From: Saccostrea echinata
Taxonomy: Eukaryota
Direction: 5' to 3'
NCBI RefSeq assembly: GCF_033153115.1
Contig: NW_026889803.1
Span: forward strand, 15,624,001-15,688,000
Length of the DNA stretch: 64,000 bases
Shown: piece after piece, positions 38,163 to 50,117 of the stretch
Layout of the letters: each line of letters opens with the position of its first letter
Numbering within the stretch: the first letter of the stretch is position 1
Notes under the pieces: model-generated
What the model was told of the DNA's origin: nothing
The model's input: the letters and a program-made list of their open reading frames with translations, nothing else
Databases searched by the model: none
Made by a program: the position numbers and the translations under genes

Positions 38163-39154
38163 GATGTGATCTTGTGATAGTATTCAAAATAAATTCTTAA
38201 AAAAGATGAGTTGTATCCATCAATTTCCAAAAAAAAAAAAAATCGATAATACCTATAGCAAGACCTTTGGGTGAAGAGAATCTCTTCCTGGATATTATAA
38301 CCACTGATTTAGGTCACATGGACGACGACAAGCCCATGCCAAGATTTCTCATGATAAGTTGATGTGTATTTGGACTTCAGATGTGAGTTTTTCTCTATTT
38401 TATGTTCGTCTATTCTAAGAAAGTCCGGACAAATGTCGTGTCCGGAGTTAATTATAAATGTCGTACTGTTTCTTGTTTTTGTGGGCTTTTTTTTAAATTC
38501 CGTATTGATAATATCTCGTTATTAACTGTTTTCAGATTGTTTTTATAAGAATATTTTTATAGGAACTGTGTATCAAGACTTCTTACAGTCTCTCTGCGGA
38601 ACAATGTGCATCGTAAAAGCTCTCTTGATTGATGATTGTTGGAGATCTTATTATTCCAGATTCGGAATTCTAATACTTAAAAACATAATTCGTCAGCGCT
38701 TTTATTTTTTTCCTTTTTCACCACATGACTGCGGTTGTTTGACAGATGGCGCAAATTATGATTAAGGAAATTAAACTAATTCAAATTCTTCACTTGTACA
38801 TATACGTTTCTGTTTAGTTCATTGATAAACTTTTTTTTATATCGTTGATTTTATGTAGTACTCCAAAATTAAAGGCAACAGTGGTCAGTCAGCCAATGAT
38901 TATTTGTGAACAATAAACTATGTAATAAAAAGCATCTCTATTGAATAAAATAGTGGCATTAAGACTTATGCTTTGTCACAGTCAATAAGAAAATGTTATA
39001 CTGTGTTTAATAGAAAAGAAATTGTTGAATCTTTCATATTTAGGTTTTGTAAGAATCAAGAAGGTTTTAGCATTTCACTGACATGTTTTATGATTGATCA
39101 GGATGGATGCTTATGCGCTTAAAACAAGCAGATTATGCAATGCAATTTACATGG

Positions 39155-39685
39155 TTTATTCAAAAATTTCTACATGAAAAGAAAAAGTTTCTTGCTGTGG
39201 CCTTCAATTCGACAATAAGATATATCGACGACGTTTTATCAATTAACAATATGCATTTTCATTATTTCCTAGCTTGATTCGATATATCCCATTGAACTCC
39301 AAATAAAATTCACCACAAAGTCTGAAACATCTGTGGTCATATTTGGGTGTATTACTAGAGAAAGGCATCGATTAAAAACTAACAACTAATCTTGACAGTG
39401 AACGTGATGACTTATATTATCCATCAACTTCCCTTATTTATGTAGCATACATACTATTATCACCTGCATATAGAGCTTAAGTCTCCCAATTGATTCGATA
39501 CACTAGAGCATATTAATTTCTATGTAAACAATTTCTTAAACGGGGCAGGCTTCTGACAAATAAGTTGATGATACCAAGAATATCAACAATCTCGTTTAAA
39601 GTAAACATTTTGCAAATTTTTTGGTCGATACAATGGCCTTGTTTGCAAATACAGTCTATCGTTAGGTCGAATGTTGACTGTCGTC
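39155..39685 (+). mobile_element. Penelope-like RT fragment (decayed)
   Basis: IQKFLHEKKKFLAVAFNSTIRYIDDVLSINN, followed by the same C-terminal region as the other copies. Confidence 0.8.
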
Positions 39686-40414
39686 TTTTATGCATTTCAT
39701 AAAAAGGTTTTGATATGTGAACTGTTGTGTTTGTCCGAGTCTGTTTCTAGTAAAATTCTCATAACTCTAACACTGAGCACCTTTTAAGCCTGGTCGAGAA
39801 TTGCATTGCACGATTTTGCTTCCTTTGACTGATCATTATCTGTACTTTCTTTATTTTTGTTTTTTAATTACAGAGACACTCAAGTCACAATTCACCATGT
39901 TTTTTTTTCTATCTCATGATGAATAGTGAATGGTTAAAACATAAAATAAAACTCCGAAAAAGGAGGGAAAATGCATCTTCCTGGGAAAGAATATTATATA
40001 CGAAAGCCCAGAAGGCTCATTCGAGATTCGAGTTTCGAAATACGGGATTCGAGTTTCGAGATTCAAGATCCAAACTAACCAATCAAAAGGCGGTTTAAGA
40101 TTCAATTACTCCCCTTTGCTAAGTTTTGACCTTCAAAAAATCGTTGAATATATTCAAACCGAAGAGGTCATTTGATTATATTACAATGCAAGAAAGAGTG
40201 TTATATATATATATAAGAACGAAACTAGAAAAAATATTAGGTTTTTTGGCTGCAAAATATGCTTAAATTTATATTATAACTTTTTAAATATTATAATAAA
40301 TTTATATCAAGAATATCTATATCGTATTATTTACATTGTTTACAGGTTTGATGTCATAATAAATATAAGTATTGTTAATCGGATTCAAAGAGCAAAGGGT
40401 ATTGTAGTCGATGA

Positions 40415-40830
40415 GAATTATTAGTGTGCAATTAAACAAGTGACTACCGATTAATAATAAATAGTAATATGGACCGGGTTTCAAAGTGGATATAGTTTCT
40501 GACAAGATATTAGAAAGTAACCAGTGACTAATACGGGTTTCAAAATTAAGTGTGCAATAAAACAAGTGACTTGTGATTAATAATAATTAGTAATACGGGT
40601 TTCAAAGTGGATATAGTTTGTGCCAAGGTATTAGAAAGTGACCAGTGACCAATATGGGTTTCAAAGTGGATATAGTTTGTGACAAGGTATTAGAAAGTGA
40701 CCAGTGACCAATATGGGTTTCAAAGTGGATATAGTTTGTGACAAGGTATTAGAAAGTGACTAGTGACCAATATGGGTTTCAAAGTGGATATAGTTTGTGA
40801 CAAGGTATTAGAAAGTGACCAGTGACCAAG
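40415..40830 (+). repeat. Composite minisatellite: 59-bp unit x5 plus a second ~60-bp unit x2 (A-B-A-B-B-B-B)
   Basis: GGGTTTCAAAGTGGATATAGTTTGTGACAAGGTATTAGAAAGTGACCAGTGACCAATAT starts at ~40476, 40597, 40656, 40715 and 40774. Confidence 0.92.
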
Positions 40831-42440
40831 TTTGTGAAACCAAGAGACAGCCCTTTAAGTACGGATGGCTGAAATATACATGCTTACATGTAATAAAGAT
40901 GATTTCTCTTTGTCCAAGTTGTCCAAGCCCGTAGGAAATAATAAAAAAAAAATCACTGTAAAGCCCCCCTCCCCCACCCCCATCGCCCCAAAAAAACAAC
41001 AGAGGGTTATCACGGTTATTAGACGTTATTTTCGAAAGGACACAAGCATAAAGTTGCATGCTTTCTATAGTATATTATATCGGTAAAAAAATATAAAGAT
41101 AAAGTGAATGTAGGGGGGGGGGAGGGAGAGACACGTGCCCAGGGCCCTATGGCTATGTTGTTTATTTAATTACAACGGTAGACAAATGTTCGGTTATCAA
41201 CTTTCAGTGTCAATCTTGCGATGCATGGGCAAAATAATTATATATTCGATAATTATTTATAAGGAAACCGCTCGGGTCTCGCAAGATACATAACCAATCA
41301 ATACACAAGTTTCAATACATGATGTAATGGTCATAGAGAAAAAAAGATATAAAAGTATTTAATAATGATAAAAAATTAATTATTTAACAAAACAATGGAC
41401 CCTTTATACACCTTTAGGACTTTAAAAAAATCGTTTAGCCTAAAGGAGTACGTATTAAAATTACTTAGTTCATGTATGCCTTTTTAGTGTACACAGGAAA
41501 TCTTGAAAGACATCGTAGTAGTGATAAAGAAAAATCGCGTTCGCTTTCCCCATGATGTATATTCCATATAGGCAAAAAGGCTGTAGCCTACACATCATTT
41601 TCTTGATGTAAAAAAAAATATTTATTTTTGCATGTATTTGATTGAAAAATGGGGGGGGGGGGGATTGATCATAAATTTTATTTATTTACCAGTTACTAAA
41701 ATATTTTTTCATCAAATGCAATAAAAGTATTTTTAGCAATTCACACTATTATGCCTTTCCAATTTTTACAGTATAAGCTTTTTGATTTTTATAGCAGGCT
41801 ATTAAAAAATGACAGCAACAGGAGTCTACGATTAGGACAGGCACTAGAAATTAGGAAGTATGTTTGAGTTAATAGGAAGTCAAAACATTTTAAAAATTAT
41901 ATTTAGATTATTCGGCAAAAAAGTTTCCATGATTTCCGAGCTCTGTGTAAGGATTTTAAAATTTCTCAATTTTATTAAGAGTGGTCATGAAGATTTTAAT
42001 TTCTGTATCAGAAAAATATGTTTAAATGATTTATGATTATATACACTGGAAAAATGACGACAGATGCCGCAGAAAGTGGTCCCCCCCCCCCTCTATTGAG
42101 AGGGGGCGACTCCCTCCTTGCCATTCTGNNNNNNNNNNNNNNNNNNNNNNNNNNNNNNNNNNNNNNNNNNNNNNNNNNNNNNNNNNNNNNNNNNNNNNNN
42201 NNNNNNNNNNNNNNNNNNNNNNNNNNNNNNNNNNNNNNNNNNNNNNNNNNNNNNNNNNTTAAGAAGGGTATAAGGTAAACTCTCCATAGTTGGCTAGGAT
42301 ATTACGCCTTTAATATATGGATATCAAAGATACTTTGTTCGTCTGTTTATCTGTAATAAATATTTATGAATAAATACCCGATTGGCATCACAGAATATGT
42401 TCATTTTGTGTTAGTCTATATCATCCCGACAAATATGTTT

Positions 42441-42553
42441 ATGTCATGTTCTAAATTTAGAAACTGTGGGATTGGAGTAAATACATAATTTAGACAACTT
42501 CATAAATTTTGTATTTACCCCCATCCAGTAAATTCAAAATTTAGAACATGACA
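42441..42553. repeat. Imperfect palindrome (hairpin MITE-like)
   Basis: TGTCATGTTCTAAATTT...GTAAATACA / TGTATTTAC...AAATTTAGAACATGACA. Confidence 0.7.
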
Positions 42554-45500
42554 ATTAATGTATGTGTATATTAAATTATTGTTTTACCAATAACAGTTGC
42601 AGAACTAAATAAAAACGTAAGTAGGTCACTACATGATGGACTTGACAAACAATATGAAATGCAAATTAAAATTTGAATTCAAAACAACCATTATTCTGTC
42701 CATTAAAATTTCATATATGATAACAAAAATGATATGTCCAGAATCATTTTGTTAACTTCACAATTTGACCATGTTCGAGGTCGTCTGTATTTTTAAAAAC
42801 ACGTCTTGTTTCTTATAAAGTATCCATTTGGGGAAAAAACCTATCTTAAAATATGCAATTACATGAATAAAATATTATAAAGTGACATTTTGTAAGATAT
42901 ATGAATGATCAATTACAATACATAATTGATTTAAGAAATACTTATGATGTTCACAAAAGGTTCATTAATTCATTTCAAACATAATGTATACACGTTAAGA
43001 TGTAATTATTACCTATCATAATTAACTAAATTATCTGGCTTGAATTAATGCACATTAAAAAAAATATAGGAGATATAATTTTTTTCATCATGATGAATAT
43101 TAAACTTTTAAATTTCAAAATATTTTAACAACTTTTATGTACATTTAGTTGAAAGGTTTTTTGAAAAGCAAAATCTTACCTTTTCAATCTGTTTAACTTT
43201 ATTTAATCCAGAAAATGTTATATTGTTTACAACATGTATGCATACATTAATGGCTTGTTCAGAAAAGTAGAACTGCACAAGGATATGCGTACAGGAAGAT
43301 CAAATTATATTTCTTGAATAATATATAAATAAGTCTAATTTGCATATTCTATTTTTTTAACACAAATTACCTGCCAAATTTTCCTTATTATAAAAGAAAT
43401 AGCGTCTCGTTTCAATGTCGGACATGCTTCAGCACACGTATGCATACATTTACCAATTAACTTTGTTCAATAACCACAATATGATTTGTACCAGGTAGAA
43501 AAATGTAAAGAATCGTAATTGATCATTGGTACGAACGAATGGTTAATTTGACATTTTGTATGTATTTTGAAGTCCCCACAAGACCTGCAAATTATCATGA
43601 AGGTACACGATTTAAAACAATATTCACATGGTGAAGGTCTCTTTGGACCATGATGATAAGGTTAACAGTTGTCCTCAATATTCGTCTCTTTTCACCTATG
43701 AAGAAAAAAGAGGAAACATATTTTGACGTTGGCTAAAAGGATAATGGTTAAGCAATTTTAACTGGAAATTTTTAACGGCAGAGCCTGATCTGCATCTAAA
43801 TCCGCCTAAAATACTCAATCTGATTTATTCTTTAATTTACTTTAATGCCCCGATAAATATCTGTGACTTTTTGCCCTTTTCTCTCTTTATAACATTTTAA
43901 AGAAATTACTTAAAGGTCATTCTTAGAGATATTTGTTCAGAGAGTACAATTCAAACTTGTCCGAGTTGGTGACCTTAACACATAATTGATCATTGATCGT
44001 TAAGGATTTCTTGGGATTTGAACCCAAGCCATGAAATCCAAGTCAGTTTTTCTTCTTATAGACTAATACGTTAACTACTACACCATACAACTCTTTACAG
44101 GTAAAGACATTTAAAACTAGTTTGTGATATGAACCTTGAATAACTGGACTTCAAATATTTCTCGGAAAGATACTAATTTTGTGTTCATAAAAGTGTGTTT
44201 TTAAGGTAGACTGGGTCCATGCTCCATCTTTATGTTAAGAAAAAAATGTATAATTTTAAACATACATTGAAGATATATTTTTTAAAAAATGGCGCGAAAA
44301 CCCACTTATATAGAAAATCTGTTTTATAGTTTGAAGAAATGATCAATTTTGCCCTCTTCGGTGTGTGCATACAATTTCATAGAAGAATAGTTTTAACACT
44401 TTTGAGTTTGTTGCAAATTATGAAGATTTTACATAAAGTATACAATATATTAATGTTAAATAAAATATCAAAGAAAATTGTGTTCTTATTGAGATTTAAT
44501 TTTTCTCTTTCTTATTTTCGAGCCCGTTCGCATTTCTTTCCTATAAATCATCATTAAATATTTCAATATTTTACTTCTTATTTTCTTATTAATCTCGATT
44601 TTCTTTCTCATTTGCTCTGTGAGAAATTCTACATACATTTCTTGCAAAATATCATCCTGTTAAAAGTATTTTAACCATGTTTAGTATATTAATTAACCTT
44701 ACTCTGACCTACAAATTTAACAACATATGTATGACTTCAACCTCACATTTTCTGAGGTTTTTTTAGCTCTTTTATTGAAGATTATAAGATGAGACATATT
44801 GTTATCAAAATTTGTGACTGTGCAGTACTAATGTAGGCAGAGGGTTATGTGATTGTAACGTGTCGGGATATTTGATTATAATTTAATTAGCAAACGATTG
44901 TATAGAATGATTTTCTGCAAATATATACAAATAAAACCCTTTCCTCACTAGTAACTTTGGTCTGTCTCTAAATGGTTTTATTAGTTGCAACTCTTTTAAA
45001 TAACGCAATACAATTTATTCGTGGCAAGCCTACAGTGATAGGTACATTGTAATCCAGCTAGTATTGCTACATCATGGTAAGCCTCAATGTTAGGCCATCC
45101 ACCCGACTAAACTTTTCTATGGTTTATCAGTCTTCTTCATCCTATCTGCAGAACAAGACTTTGGTATTCTCATACACCTTGTTGGTCACTTGATACATCT
45201 GCTAATGATTTCTAGAACTGCACTTGCAGTCTCTAGATTCCCTTAGGCAGACTTGCATACATGTATTCTCAACAAATTTTTGGTACACAATGAGATTTGC
45301 AACACCAAAGATACATAATTCTGTGTACTTATTTTTGATTTAATGAATGATGTACATGTAGCATACATACATACGATAACAAAAAATATTTCTGAGAAAT
45401 TCTTTCAGTAAATTACAGCTCCTACAGTTTTAGTCCGATATCGATTAGATTTGGTACACGAGTAGACTGTACAATGCATAATTTTGTATTTTTCTGAATT

Positions 45501-45884
45501 TCTTTTTAATTCCTTAAAAAAACTCCCCCTCTGAACTGAATGATCCCTGGCACACGAATACAGGGCATACATGTATACAATTTTTAAACACGTACATAAA
45601 TCGATTTTCAATTTTCCATATCATTTTTCTGATTCTACAAACAAGTACTCTGAAGTTGATATCGTATAAGTGAAATGTTTAGCGAGACTTTTCAACACTT
45701 TTTACAACCATTCCCCACGATATATCAAAGTCATAGTGATATCATAGACAGCTGATTTTTTCAATAAAACTGGAACTCATAAATTTTCTTACCTTGTCAT
45801 TGGTCATTTGCAAAATTATTTTGTTAAAAAACATTCTTATTGTAAACACAAGTACTCTGCAGTCGATATTAAATAGATGCTGTT

Positions 45885-46735
45885 TCTGATTGATAATATT
45901 TATGTAGTTTTTGGAGATCAGGTCTTCCAACAATCTGTCAGAATTTTCGTTGATACCAATTGCGCCCCATTATTAGCAGACCTATTTTTGTATTCATGTG
46001 AAGCAGAATTTATTTAAAAACTTATACCTGAGAAGAAGACACTTGCTGTGGCCTTCAACTCGACATTTAGATACATGCATATCGACGATTATCAAATAAC
46101 GACAGTTACTTCTATTCATATGTCGACTCGATATATCCCAGTGAACTTGAAATAAAAGATACCAAAGAGTCTGCCACATCTGATTCATATTTGGACATTT
46201 TACTAGGAAAAAACGTTTATGGTAACCTAACAACAAAGTTTATGATAAACCTGGTGACATTAACTTTTTTATCGTCAACTTCCTTACTTATGTAGTAATA
46301 TACCCTTATCACCTGCATATGGGGTTTATATCTCCCAGTTCATTTGATACGCAAGAGCATGCTCCACGACAATCATGTGGATGAAGCAAGGATATCAACA
46401 GTCTCGTTTAAAGTCATCATTTTGCAACTTCTATGATCGATACAATGACCTTGTCAGCATATACAATCTACCATGAAGTCGAGTTCTATCGGACTTTTTC
46501 ATACTTATTGTTAGGCCATTATTTACACACTGAATTGTCTACGGATTTTTTCGTTTGCCCGATCGTGACAATGAGCACACGGCGGGTGTGACCGGTCGAC
46601 AGGGGATTCTTACTCCTCCATGGCACCTGATCCGACCTCTGATGTTTTTAGAGGTCCGTGTTTGCTCTGCTCTCGATTTGTATAGTTTCAATGGATTTTT
46701 GAGCTCGATTACTGTTCGTTATCTCAGTATTTAAT
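45885..46735 (+). mobile_element. 5'-truncated Penelope-like retroelement (RT C-terminal half plus 3' UTR)
   Basis: NIYVVFGDQVFQQSV...TNCAPLLADLFLYS...AVAFNSTFRY.IDD...SNIPLSPAYGVYISQ with stops and frameshifts. The ORF ends after the RT with no downstream endonuclease. Confidence 0.85.
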
Positions 46736-47343
46736 TTCTAAAGTTTTGGTCCGAGTTGATAAACTTGGTACAGAAGTGGACTATATCGAGGGCCATAATT
46801 CTCATTCTTTGTTTAAGATTTTGATGAATGGTTGTATCATGTTAAAAATTATATTCTGTGAATATCTTTCTAAGTGCTATTCCTCCTATGTTTGGTTTGT
46901 TTTCAATTATTTAAAAAAAAAAACAAAACAAATAAAACATCACGATACAATATTCAGTATATGTAGCGTGTCAAGTCCATGCAAGTTCAGCTTTATTCCT
47001 GCACTGTTTCCTTTACAGTAGAGATAAAGAGTTCTCAACCATGACCTTTTTTTCTTTATAACTTCGATCCACGATTTTAATTAGTGACACAAATTTATGC
47101 TGATTGATATGGCAAGATGATGATGTGAAAAGTTAAATTAAAGGTTTCATGTATGTAGAGAAATTCATTCTCAATGATAAAAATTAGATACTTAGTGTTA
47201 ATTAAAAATAACTCTTAGTAATAAATCAAATTATAATAATAAATCTATAATTATGCACCCCAATGTCACAATGTCAAGTATAACCGGCTGATCTGTCAAG
47301 GTCGATTTCAGAATTAAATTCCAAATTTAAATGTATAGTTATT

Positions 47344-47985
47344 ATGAAATATATGAAGATAACGAACAATATTCAGGCTCAAAAGTCCATCAAACAATAC
47401 AAAATAGGAGCAGAGCAAACACGGACCTCCAAACATCAGAGGTGGGATCAGGTGCCATGGAGGTGTGAGCATCCCCTGCCGACCGGTCACACCCGTCGTG
47501 TGCTCCTTGTCATGATCGGGGAATAACGGGAAAATCCGTCGACAATTCAGTGTGTAAATAATGGCCTAACAATTTGTATGAAAAACGTCAGTCAGCATTT
47601 GACTCAATGATAAATTGTATTTGCTGACAAGGTCATTGTATCGACCATAGAACTTACGAAATGATGACTTTAAACGAGACAGCTGATATTCTTGTTTCAT
47701 CAACTTGTTTGTCAATAATTTACCTCGTTTTAGAAATTGTACATACGTAGAGCATGCTCTTGCATATCGAATCAACTGAGAGATATATATACCCCGTATG
47801 CAGGTGATGAAGGTATATTGCTGCACAAGTAAGGGAAGTTGACGATTGAAAAGTTAAAGTCATCACGTTTATCATAAAGCTTTGTTGTTAGATTACCATT
47901 AACGTCTTTTTCAAGTAAAATATCCAAATATGAAACAAATGTGTCAGACTCTGTGGTATCTTTTATCTCAAGCTCACAAGGATGA
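47344..47985 (-). mobile_element. 5'-truncated Penelope-like retroelement, inverted relative to the 45885-46735 copy
   Basis: ELEIKDTTESDT..SYLDILLEKDVNGNLTTKLYDKRDDFNFSIVNFPYLCSNIP...YISQLIRYARACS...TDVFHTNC*, then the family 3' UTR. Confidence 0.88.
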
Positions 47986-50117
47986 GTTTTTATTTATTAT
48001 AACTGCATATAAATCCAAGAATTAAAATAGTCTGGGATAAAGTGGTTTGACCTGACACGCAATAAAATTACATTTCGTGTCAGTTCAGAAATTTGAAATT
48101 AAACTTTCTTTTTTTTTTAACAACACCTGAAATTCGGATGAGTGGATAATTTTTGGACATATATATTTCATACCAGTTGATACTCTCTGTATTATGCTAT
48201 ATACTGCAGATATTTTCACATTATTCAAATAAGTGATTAGTCAGTGTTTGATTTTGATTCGATTTTTATTTAAATCGGTAAAGAAATGATAAATTTCGGA
48301 CTTTAACCACTGGACGTTTTATTTCTATTCATTGCAGCATTAAATGTCAATATATTTTAAATGCAATGCATAGATTCGGATTGGTTTTTATTTTTCAGAG
48401 AAAGGGAATATAATGCTCCGCTGCATTGTTTCGAAAACATTTCTCAGTAACCTGCCAATGAGATAATTGTTTTCAAAACAATCAATCACATTGTTTTTAA
48501 TTAGTCTTTAAAATGTGGGGGTAAAAAAGTTTAATTGTAAAATGAATATATTAAATAAAGTGCGACATCTCACAAGAAAATTATCACGCCTTCCAGTGTT
48601 TTTTAGTAATCGATCATTTTAATTATTTGACATTTTCACCAAAAGTTTACACGATTGCTGGAAAGATACACCCATTGATGAATAAAAGAATATTTTCGAG
48701 AAAAAGGACGTTTTGTAGTTGGAAGATATTTTGTTCCACTTCCTACAAATATATATGTGTTTTTGTAGAACCATTAAGTTATGAAGGATAAATTTGAATG
48801 AATACTTCCATCTCAATGTTCTCAACATGTTACATATTAAGTAAACAATCAGAAATAACTTAACAGATTGTATTGGCGCTCTTGCAATTCCTCTTCTTTT
48901 CAAATGTTAAGGATTTTACATTTATTAAAGACTACTCTTGAGTTAGAAACGTAATCATTTCATTTTTCCGATGAGTAAACAGAAATCTCACGATTTGAAG
49001 TCAAAAATTTTAAGATCCTTTACTGTGTAAAGAATATGAAAAGTTATATATATCAGAAACTTTCAGAATTATATTAATTTATAATCAAATGAACAATCAA
49101 CATCTCTACAATATATTCATTTTAGTGTCTCTTACAGTTTACATTACTACTCAAAGTGTTAGACTACGTCCCGGTCATACATGTATCCTATTTGGAAAAC
49201 TAATAAAAAAAAATTCTCACTTAAATTTTCGCCTTATAAGAAGTTTTTTTTAAAGGTTTTAAAATACATATCAAGAAAAAGCTTTTAATATTTGGCTTAA
49301 TACTAATTATATTTATTCATTACCAAAATACACTTGATTTTGAATTATCTTTAAAATTTAGACTAAAGGACCATGCAGCCCAGAACACCATGACTACCTG
49401 TTAACAGCGGACGTGACTCATTTCTTTGTACTTCACGTGTTTTATTTCAAGGTATCAGGATAACGTGATGACTCTAAAGTAAAAATTCCCTGAACATGAT
49501 GTTTCACATTTTGTTGATTTGACCCTTTAGATCTTTTTTTCATAGATTCTTGTTTAGTGGCAATTATGTTGTTAAGCTTACATGTTGTGGGAAGTTATTC
49601 TGTTGACAAAGACTTTTCTTCAATATTTGTGAAGAGATTTTGAATTCCGAATTGTCAGATCTAGATTCGGCCGAAATTTAATGCTGGAAAACGCCCGTAA
49701 CAAATGTTTCTCTAACGTGATACGATTAAGAACGCAATGGTGTTGCATTGTAAAAAGAATTTTCATGATGTTTTTCGAACCATCATAAATCTGGGGTTTT
49801 CCAATTTTTCGCATCACATTTGTTTACAGGATTTCATTTGCATATCAAACCCGGATTTGTAGCTAAATAAGGATATATAGTCTTAAATTAAATAAGGATG
49901 TGCCATACATTTGTGAAAATTATATACTAGTATTCAATACACGCGTTAAAGAATGTAGTAAAAAAGAAAACCGGGCCAAGAAACACTAACAAATATACTT
50001 CCAAACAGAACAATGTATTTTTGAATGCACAAGAGTTTGCATGTATAATGGGCAACATTATAACGTTTGACCTAACCTAGGTGTATTAATTAAAACACCT
50101 TGGGGGTGACAAGCATT

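Noticed and set aside
40476-40830. Regularly spaced repeats resembling a CRISPR array
   Set aside because: Units are contiguous tandem copies with no unique spacers; eukaryotic context, no cas genes.
46580-46640. SECIS or hammerhead ribozyme in the PLE 3' block
   Set aside because: GUGA..UGA is present but there is no proper helix II or apical AA, and no CUGANGA/GAAA core; kept only as an unassigned structure.
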